DNA of 63,919 nt, counting the filler, from Thermoplasmatota archaeon (GTDB taxonomy: Archaea; Thermoplasmatota; E2; JACPAO01; JAHFTW01), in assembly GCA_041623215.1 (NCBI GenBank). It is 3 parts of 3 records of this genome, joined end to end, with 100 filler letters (N's around TTAATTAATTAA, not from the genome) between each part and the next. Parts side by side here need not be neighbours in the genome. Positions count along the whole stretch, not along the records: positions 45,643 to 63,919 come from JBFJXH010000026.1; 2 more parts are not named here. One strand, 5' to 3'. Below the pieces are notes generated by a model. That model saw only the letters and a program-made list of their open reading frames with translations, had not been told where the DNA came from and searched no databases. Position 1 is the stretch's first letter; each line of letters begins with the position of its first letter. Positions 56,907 to 63,919 of the stretch are shown one piece after another. The position numbers were made by a program, and so were the translations under genes.

Positions 56907-57028
56907 GAGGGCCGACTGGGAAGGAATGCTATGAGTCGTTCCATTGGCCACGGCGGCAGGCCGACGAGTCGCCTGCCCCGGCCCCACCCTTTTTACAGGA
57001 CTATCCCTGCGCCGCCAGGTCGCAAGCA

Positions 57029-58246
57029 ATGCTCGACGACACCTCCCCGCAAGCGTGGCTCATTCTCGAAGATGGAACCGTCATCGAGGGCCAGGCATTT
57101 GGCGCCACTGGCACGGCCTTTGGCGAACTAGTGTTTAACACTGGCATGACCGGTTATCAAGAGTCCCTCACGGACCCGTCCTACAACGGCCAAGTCCTGA
57201 TGTTCACCTATCCCATGGTGGGTAATTACGGCGTCAACCCAGAGGATTGGGAGTCCTCCAAGGTTTGGGTGCGCGCCGCCGTGGTGCGTGAATGGTGCCC
57301 GACCCCCGACCATCGCCTCAGCGACCGAACCTTGGATGATTGGCTCAAAGCCGAAGGGATTCCTGGCATCAGCGGCATCGATACGCGGGCGCTAACCCTG
57401 AAGGTTCGTTCGCACGGCTGCCTTCGCTGCTTCGTCACGCACGACAAGCAAGCGGTGGACGACCTCGTTGCCAAAGTGGCCCAGATGCCCAGCGTCGAGC
57501 AGGACAACTTGGCCGGGGAGGCCAGCACGGCCACCGTTCTGCGCTACGGCCGCAACGCCAACGGCGACCTCGTCGAAGGCAGTTCGTTCGACGCCGACGC
57601 GCGCACGATTGCCATCCTTGACACGGGCATCAAACGCAACATCGTGCGCAACCTAGTGCGACGTGCCAATGTGGTGCAACACCCTTGGAACGCGCGCGCC
57701 GCCGACGTCCTTGCCGACCAACCGGACGGCCTCTTTCTTGCCAACGGGCCCGGCGACCCGGCCCACCCGGACATCACAACCCACACGCTCCCGACGATTC
57801 GCGCCCTGTCCGAGCAATTGCCTACCTTTGGCATCTGCTACGGCAACCAGCTCATTGCACGGGCTTGGGGCGGCACCACCCACAAGATGGCCTTTGGCCA
57901 TCGCGGCGCCAACATCCCCGTGCGGGACGAAGCATCCGGGCGCATCCAAATCACCAGTCAAAACCACGGCTTTGCGGTTGACCCCGCAGGCATCCCAGGA
58001 ACCGGCCTGTCCGTCTGGCAGCGCTGCCCCAACGACGGCACGGTGGAAGCCCTACAGCACGAGTCGCTGCCCATCTTTACGACCCAGTACCACCCAGAAG
58101 CGTGCCCCGGGCCGTGGGACTCAGGCCAACTCTTCGACGGCTTCCTGCAGTTGATTGAGCAGGTGCGTGCTGGCCAGTTCAAGGCAGGCCACTTGCCCCG
58201 GGTGACGGAAGCCGTTCCCCCCTGCCCGACGGAGGTGCTTGCCTAA
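57029..58246 (+). CDS. carA: Carbamoyl-phosphate synthase small subunit
   Basis: GELVFNTGMTGYQESLTDPSY, NGPGDP, GICYG, SQNHGF and QYHPE. Confidence 0.97.
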   Translation: MLDDTSPQAWLILEDGTVIEGQAFGATGTAFGELVFNTGMTGYQESLTDPSYNGQVLMFTYPMVGNYGVNPEDWESSKVWVRAAVVREWCPTPDHRLSDRTLDDWLKAEGIPGISGIDTRALTLKVRSHGCLRCFVTHDKQAVDDLVAKVAQMPSVEQDNLAGEASTATVLRYGRNANGDLVEGSSFDADARTIAILDTGIKRNIVRNLVRRANVVQHPWNARAADVLADQPDGLFLANGPGDPAHPDITTHTLPTIRALSEQLPTFGICYGNQLIARAWGGTTHKMAFGHRGANIPVRDEASGRIQITSQNHGFAVDPAGIPGTGLSVWQRCPNDGTVEALQHESLPIFTTQYHPEACPGPWDSGQLFDGFLQLIEQVRAGQFKAGHLPRVTEAVPPCPTEVLA

Positions 58247-61200
58247 TGCCCAAGCGCACCGACATCAAACGCATCCTCATCATCGGCTCAGGCCCCATCC
58301 AAATCGGTCAAGCAGCCGAATTCGATTTCAGTGGCAGTCAAGCGTGCCGTTCGGCCCGCGAAGAAGGCTACGAAGTAGTCCTGGTCAACAGCAATCCAGC
58401 AACCATCCAAACGGATGTGGAAATGGCCGAGGCCGTGTATTGCGAACCACTCACGGTGGCCTCCGTGCGGCAAATCATCGCCAAGGAACGCCCCGACGGC
58501 GTCCTGGCGGGCATGGGTGGCCAGACGGGACTCAACTTGGTCTCCGAGCTGGCCGAAGCTGGCGTTCTGGAGGAGTTCGGCGTCAAGCTCTTGGGCACCC
58601 CCCTAACCGCCATTGAGGATGCCGAGGACCGTGACAAGTTCAAGCGCGTCATGGAGCGCATCGGGGAACCGGTGCCACGAGCAGCCGTTGCCCATACGGT
58701 CGATGAGTGCGTAAGCATCGTCAACGACATGATAGGCCGCTACCCGGTGCTGATTCGACCGGCGTACACGTTGGGCGGCCTGGGAGGAGGCGTCGCCCAT
58801 GATGAAGCCGAACTCCGGGAAGTGGCCGCCAAGGGCCTGGCCTACTCGCGCATCGACCAAGTGCTCATCGAGGAAAGCCTCCTGGGATGGCGCGAGTACG
58901 AATACGAAGTCATGCGCGATGCGGCGGACAATTGCATCACGGTCTGCAACATGGAGAACTTGGACCCCATGGGCGTCCACACAGGCGAGTCCATCGTCGT
59001 TGCACCAAGCCAGACCTTGTCTGACCGCGACCACCAAATGCTGCGGGCTGCGTCGCTTCGATGCATCAGGGCGCTCCGCATCGAGGGCGGCTGCAATGTG
59101 CAGTTTGCTTTCGACCACACGACGGGAGACTACCGCGTCATCGAAGTCAATCCGCGCGTATCACGATCCTCCGCCCTGGCATCCAAGGCTACCGGTTACC
59201 CGATTGCCCGCGTAGCCGCCAAGATTGCCCTCGGGATGACATTGGACGAAATCCCCAATGCCATCACCCAGAAGACTGTGGCAGCCTTTGAACCCAGCCT
59301 GGATTACGTCATCACGAAGATTCCACGCTGGCCCTTCGACAAATTCCGCACGGTTGACCCTCGGCTTGGCACCCAAATGAAGTCCACCGGGGAAGTCATG
59401 TCCATTGGCCGGAACATTGAGGAAAGCCTCCTGAAGGCGGTGCGAAGCCTGGAGGTCGACACGGACAGTCTCACGCCACCCATTGATTGGAGCGACGCAG
59501 ACCTGGAAGAACAATTGGCCGTTCCCACGCACTTGCGATTGTGGGCCGTCGCCGAGGCAGTGCGCCGCGGCTGGGACACCGACCGAGTCCACGCCGCCAG
59601 CGGCTACTTGCCATTCTTCATCGAAAAGATTCGCCATGTATTAGACTTGGAGGCGGCGTTTGCTGCCGACCCGGACAACCTAGCCACGCTCCGGATCGCC
59701 AAGCGGTTTGGCCTCAGCGACGCCATCTTGGCCGCCGCGACAGGGCGAAGCGAAGCCGACGTCAAGAACCAACGGCGCCTCGCCGGCATTCAGCCCGACT
59801 TCAAGATGGTGGACACGTGCGCCGCCGAATTTGAGGCCGTAACACCGTATTTCTACGCAGCCTGGGACGCCGTCGATGCCGAAGCAAATTTGGCCGCCGA
59901 CCGGGACCCGGCCGACCGCCGGCAGCGTGTCTTGGTCCTTGGCTCCGGCCCCATCCGTATTGGGCAAGGAATCGAATTCGATTATTGTTGCGTGCATGCC
60001 GCCTGGGCCCTGCGGGAAGAAGGCGTAGCCACCATTCTACTCAACAACAACCCGGAGACTGTGTCGACCGACTTTGACACAGCCGACCGGCTCTACTTTG
60101 ACCCGCTGACGCTGGAAGATGTCATGCACGTCATCGAACGCGAGAAACCGGACGGCGTGCTCGTCCAATTTGGTGGCCAAACAGCCATCAATCTCGCCCT
60201 CCCCCTGGAGCGCGCCTTGGCCGAACGAGACGACCTGCCCACCAAGATTTGGGGGACCCCGCCCTCCGCCATCGACCTGGCCGAGGACCGTGACAAGTTC
60301 AACCGGCTCATGGCAGACCTCGGCGTGAAACAACCCGAAGCAGGAATCGCCAAGACGGACGAAGAAGCGGTTGCCATCGCGGCCCGCATTGGCTACCCCG
60401 TGCTGGTTCGCCCATCCTACGTCTTGGGCGGCCGGGCGATGCAAATCGTCCACGACGAAGCCGAGCTTAGGGACTATGTGCGCGACGCCGTGCGCGTCAC
60501 CAAGGACCACCCGTTGCTGGTAGACCGGTTCCTGCACCGGGCCATTGAGGTGGATGTGGACGCAGTTTGCGACGGAGAAGATGTGCTCATCGGAGCCATC
60601 ATGGAGCACGTGGAGGAGGCCGGCGTTCACTCCGGCGACTCAACGACCGTCATCCCGCCCCAGAACCTTTCGCCCGCTGTTCTTGGTCAAATTCAGCAGC
60701 ACACGCGGGACATCGCCTTGGCGCTCGGCACCAGGGGCCTCCTGAACATCCAATACGCAGTCAAGGGCGACGACGTGTACATCATCGAGGCGAATCCTCG
60801 TTCAAGCCGCACTGTGCCCTACGTCGCCAAGGCGACTGGGCTGCCGTTGGCCAAGATCGCGGCCAAGATTACGATGGGCAAAACGCTGGCCGAGCAGGGC
60901 TACGAAGGTGGGCACGCAGCCGACCCGGACGCCTTGCCACATACGGCTGTCAAGGCCCCCGTGTTCCCTTTCCTGAAACTGCCGGGCGTGGATGCCGTTC
61001 TTGGGCCGGAAATGAAGTCCACGGGAGAGGTCATGGGCATCGCCGCCGACTACCCCACCGCCTTTGCCAAGGCTATGGAAGCAGCCGGCAACCCCTTGCC
61101 AACGACGGGCACCGTCTTCATCTCCGTAGCGAAACGAGACCGGCCCCGAATCGCGCCAGTGGCCCAGGCTCTTGCGGATGCAGGATTCCAAATTGTGGCC

Positions 61201-61551
61201 ACCGACGGCACCGCCAACGACCTTCGCGCCGCAGGAATGGAAGCGACCACCGTGTACAAGGTAGCCGATAAACAGGCCCCCGATGCCATCGACCTCATCC
61301 GGCGAGGGCAGGTGCACCTCATCATCAACACGCCAAGCGAACACATGGAAGCGCCACAGAAGCGAGATGGATTCGCCATGCGTCGCGTAGCGGTCGAGTG
61401 CCAGATCCCCTTCCTGGCCACCGTGGAAGCAGCGGAAGCCGCCGTCGCCGCCGTGCGCGCCAAGGCCGCCTGCAAGGGCATTTTCCCGGTGGCGAGCTTG
61501 CAAGAGTACGCCGCGCGCCGGCCCGCCAATGCTGCCAAGGTCGTTGCCTAA
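58246..61551 (+). CDS. carB: Carbamoyl-phosphate synthase large subunit
   Basis: MPKRTDI..GSGPI.IGQAAEFDFSG, duplicated ATP-grasp halves and an MGS domain. TAATG overlap with carA. Confidence 0.98.
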   Translation: MPKRTDIKRILIIGSGPIQIGQAAEFDFSGSQACRSAREEGYEVVLVNSNPATIQTDVEMAEAVYCEPLTVASVRQIIAKERPDGVLAGMGGQTGLNLVSELAEAGVLEEFGVKLLGTPLTAIEDAEDRDKFKRVMERIGEPVPRAAVAHTVDECVSIVNDMIGRYPVLIRPAYTLGGLGGGVAHDEAELREVAAKGLAYSRIDQVLIEESLLGWREYEYEVMRDAADNCITVCNMENLDPMGVHTGESIVVAPSQTLSDRDHQMLRAASLRCIRALRIEGGCNVQFAFDHTTGDYRVIEVNPRVSRSSALASKATGYPIARVAAKIALGMTLDEIPNAITQKTVAAFEPSLDYVITKIPRWPFDKFRTVDPRLGTQMKSTGEVMSIGRNIEESLLKAVRSLEVDTDSLTPPIDWSDADLEEQLAVPTHLRLWAVAEAVRRGWDTDRVHAASGYLPFFIEKIRHVLDLEAAFAADPDNLATLRIAKRFGLSDAILAAATGRSEADVKNQRRLAGIQPDFKMVDTCAAEFEAVTPYFYAAWDAVDAEANLAADRDPADRRQRVLVLGSGPIRIGQGIEFDYCCVHAAWALREEGVATILLNNNPETVSTDFDTADRLYFDPLTLEDVMHVIEREKPDGVLVQFGGQTAINLALPLERALAERDDLPTKIWGTPPSAIDLAEDRDKFNRLMADLGVKQPEAGIAKTDEEAVAIAARIGYPVLVRPSYVLGGRAMQIVHDEAELRDYVRDAVRVTKDHPLLVDRFLHRAIEVDVDAVCDGEDVLIGAIMEHVEEAGVHSGDSTTVIPPQNLSPAVLGQIQQHTRDIALALGTRGLLNIQYAVKGDDVYIIEANPRSSRTVPYVAKATGLPLAKIAAKITMGKTLAEQGYEGGHAADPDALPHTAVKAPVFPFLKLPGVDAVLGPEMKSTGEVMGIAADYPTAFAKAMEAAGNPLPTTGTVFISVAKRDRPRIAPVAQALADAGFQIVATDGTANDLRAAGMEATTVYKVADKQAPDAIDLIRRGQVHLIINTPSEHMEAPQKRDGFAMRRVAVECQIPFLATVEAAEAAVAAVRAKAACKGIFPVASLQEYAARRPANAAKVVA

Positions 61552-61766
61552 TGCAGCAGCGCCATCTGGACCTGCTGGCGTGCCCCATTCACGGAAACTC
61601 ACTCGCCCTGGTGGAGCCGACCGACGGCCCATCTAACCAGGATGCCCAGAGCATCGTCATGGAGGGGTTGCTTGTTTGCCCGCGATGCGACCAACCGTAT
61701 CGGATTGAGGGCGGCGTCGCTAATTTGCTACCGCCCAGCCTAGGCCAAGAGCCCGCTGACCAGTAA
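61551..61766 (+). CDS. Trm112 family protein
   Basis: LDLLACP...EGLLVCPRC...Y.IEGGVANLL. TAATG overlap with carB. Confidence 0.85.
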   Translation: MQQRHLDLLACPIHGNSLALVEPTDGPSNQDAQSIVMEGLLVCPRCDQPYRIEGGVANLLPPSLGQEPADQ

Positions 61767-61809
61767 GGCCGGACTACCTGCCACTCGCCTGAGAAGTTCG
61801 CCACGACCT

Positions 61810-63919
61810 CTAGTTATCGTCAGCGCGGCGGCTCATGACGAACCACACACCGCCAACCACTGCGGCAAGCACAATCAGCAGCCAGACCCAGCAAGCAATG
61901 CCCGCCCCGCTGCACGAATCCTCTTCCCCGACATCATTCGAATGAACCGCCAACGCCCCATCATAGTGTGGCGCCGCTGCAGGGTCATGGAATACTGGTT
62001 GCACCTCATAGTGTGTGACGCCGCCAGGCCACTTCGCATCGACGAACGAGTATTCGGCGATACTGGGCTCGGCCACAATGACGGCAATCAACTCCTGCCC
62101 GGGCTGCCGGTAGATATGGAAGGCGCGGACATCTTCGTTGGCCACACCATCGAGGCCGCCAACGTCGCTGGACCAAGTCACCAGGACGGTACCGTCGTCC
62201 CGGACAGTAGCCTTCGCCCACGACAGGTCTTCGCCCGGCAAGTCGCCGGTTTGATTGCCGGCATCCAAGTCCACCTCGTCCAGCGGCAAGGACTCGCCGG
62301 AGGGCTCCCCTGAGGTATCAGTCGAATCTGTGGACCCACTGTCGGAGGAATCTGTGTCGCCTTGATGCGGAGGTCGGCCGCCACCGCCACCGCCACCGCG
62401 GCGCGGGCACTTCAGGCCGATGCGATCATTGTCATCATCACAGTCGCCCTCCTCCAAGTAGATGCCGTCTCCATCCATGTCTGTACAGGCGATTGTGACG
62501 TTGGGATTGCCGTCGTCACAGTCGGGCCCAACCACCGTGTAGTTGCCATCGGGCGGCAGGTTGGCCGTAACATTCACCGACGTGTTGCCGAAGCCATCAC
62601 CGTCGACGTCCAGGAACCACACATTCAGGTCAAAGCCATCACAATCTTGGTCAACGTCGTCGCCAAGCGTTTCATTGGCCCCGGGGTAAATGGTATCGTT
62701 GGCGTCGTTGCAGTCGCCTGGAAGCGCGACGTAGCCAAGCGGCGCCGTGTTGTTAGTTAGGTTGGCAGAGGTGTTGCCGTAGCCATCCGAATCGAAGTCA
62801 AGGAACCAGGTCGCCAGGTCCAGGCCGTCGCAGTCTTGGTCCACGCCATCGTCGGGGATGTCTGGGGCGCCGGGGAAGATGCTGGCATTGCCATCGTCGC
62901 AATCAGCGAGATTGGCCACGAACCCTTCCGGCGGGTCTGCCGCATCGAGGTCGGTGGAATTGGAGGCATTTCCAAACGAATCTCCGTCGGCATCGCCGAA
63001 GTACGTCGTCAAGTCGAAGCCATTGCAATTCTCGTCCACCCCATTGTTCGCCACTTCAGGAGCGTTGGGATAGATGCTCGCGTTGTCATCGTCGCAATCT
63101 GCGAAGTCACCGACGTAGCCGGTAGGCGGCTCATCAGCATCCACGTCCGTGGTATTCGACGCATCTCCAAACGTGTCGCCGTCGTTGTCGCCGAAGTACG
63201 TCGTTAAGTCGAAGCCATTGCAATTCTCGTCCACGCCATTGTTAGCCACTTCAGGGGCGGTGGGGTAGATGCTCGCGTTGTCATCATTGCAGTCCCCGCC
63301 AACCGGCACGTAACCAGGAGGCTGCGTATTGTTCAGTGCGGTGTTGGAAGAATCGCCAAACGAGTCGTTGTCACTGTCCCCAAACCACTGCAACAGGTCA
63401 GAACCGTCACAATCCTGGTCCACGCCATCGCCCACTACTTCAGGGGCGCCGGGGTAGATGCTCGCATTGTCATCGTTGCAGTCGCCGTCCACCGGAACGT
63501 AGCCAGACGGCTGAGTATTGTTCAACGTCGTAGTGGAAGAATCGCCAAACGAGTCGTTGTCACTGTCCCCAAACCACTGCAACAGGTCAGAACCGTCACA
63601 ATCCTGGTCCACGCCATCACCTACCACTTCGCTCGCGCCAGGGTAAATGCTGTCGTCGCCGTCATCACAATCGGTATTGTCGCTCACGTAACCAGACGGT
63701 TGGGTATTCTGGTCAATGGAGTCCTCGGCATTGCCAAATGTGTCAGAATCGGCGTCGCGATACCATGTGAGCAAGTCGCTACCGTCACAATCCTGATCCA
63801 CACCATCATCCGGCACCTCAGTGTTACCCGGGAACCGATCCGCATTACCATCATCACAATCCGTACTGTCACTCACATAACCAGACGGCTGAGAATTACT
63901 CGTCGTCGTGCTACCCGAG
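61810..63919 (-). CDS. Surface protein with MopE-like metal-binding repeats and C-terminal TM anchor (5'-partial)
   Basis: Seven complete DC[DN]D..PGA.E..DG.D[QE][DN]C[DN]G units alternate with D.D.D.FG motifs. The frame is open to the window edge. Confidence 0.88.
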   Translation of the reverse strand, partial: SGSTTTSNSQPSGYVSDSTDCDDGNADRFPGNTEVPDDGVDQDCDGSDLLTWYRDADSDTFGNAEDSIDQNTQPSGYVSDNTDCDDGDDSIYPGASEVVGDGVDQDCDGSDLLQWFGDSDNDSFGDSSTTTLNNTQPSGYVPVDGDCNDDNASIYPGAPEVVGDGVDQDCDGSDLLQWFGDSDNDSFGDSSNTALNNTQPPGYVPVGGDCNDDNASIYPTAPEVANNGVDENCNGFDLTTYFGDNDGDTFGDASNTTDVDADEPPTGYVGDFADCDDDNASIYPNAPEVANNGVDENCNGFDLTTYFGDADGDSFGNASNSTDLDAADPPEGFVANLADCDDGNASIFPGAPDIPDDGVDQDCDGLDLATWFLDFDSDGYGNTSANLTNNTAPLGYVALPGDCNDANDTIYPGANETLGDDVDQDCDGFDLNVWFLDVDGDGFGNTSVNVTANLPPDGNYTVVGPDCDDGNPNVTIACTDMDGDGIYLEEGDCDDDNDRIGLKCPRRGGGGGGGRPPHQGDTDSSDSGSTDSTDTSGEPSGESLPLDEVDLDAGNQTGDLPGEDLSWAKATVRDDGTVLVTWSSDVGGLDGVANEDVRAFHIYRQPGQELIAVIVAEPSIAEYSFVDAKWPGGVTHYEVQPVFHDPAAAPHYDGALAVHSNDVGEEDSCSGAGIACWVWLLIVLAAVVGGVWFVMSRRADDN
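62600..63919 (-). repeat. Intragenic tandem repeats of about 189-195 bp
   Basis: Near-identical blocks at 63351 vs 63540 (189-bp period) and 63001 vs 63196 (195-bp period). Confidence 0.85.

Noticed and set aside
63001..63620. Near-identical repeats as DGR template/variable regions
   Set aside because: They are in-frame protein repeats. No reverse transcriptase is present and no adenine-specific mismatch pattern is evident.

Overview
GC-rich archaeal genomic DNA, most consistent with Thermoplasmatota (inferred from Orc1/Cdc6, archaeal-type TyrRS, PurP, a FlaK/PibD-like A24 peptidase, DUF531, Trm112 and PGF-CTERM-like tails). The window is three contigs joined by artificial N-TTAATTAATTAA-N linkers (22848-22947, 45543-45642), so synteny across the linkers is meaningless. 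Housekeeping genes include an Sdh1-type sdhAB, cdc6, a cystathionine gamma-lyase/synthase, purP, tyrS, truA and carAB-trm112. Redox genes include HxlR-DoxX-pirin-VOC, GST, BolA and a CGFS glutaredoxin. There is also an OPT transporter with a PqqD-like partner, and MscS. The region is very rich in uncharacterised surface proteins: 12 lipobox proteins, 2 PGF-CTERM-like proteins, and large beta-helix, Ig/PKD and MopE-repeat proteins. The best candidates for undescribed biology are (i) a four-gene phosphorelay with two complementary 'half-dead' kinases, (ii) a coupled three-gene His-rich surface operon, and (iii) a C-terminal anchor plus RR-polyGly linker shared by two unrelated giant surface proteins. 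No rRNA, tRNA, CRISPR array or mobile element was recognised. All family calls come from motif recognition, not database searches.
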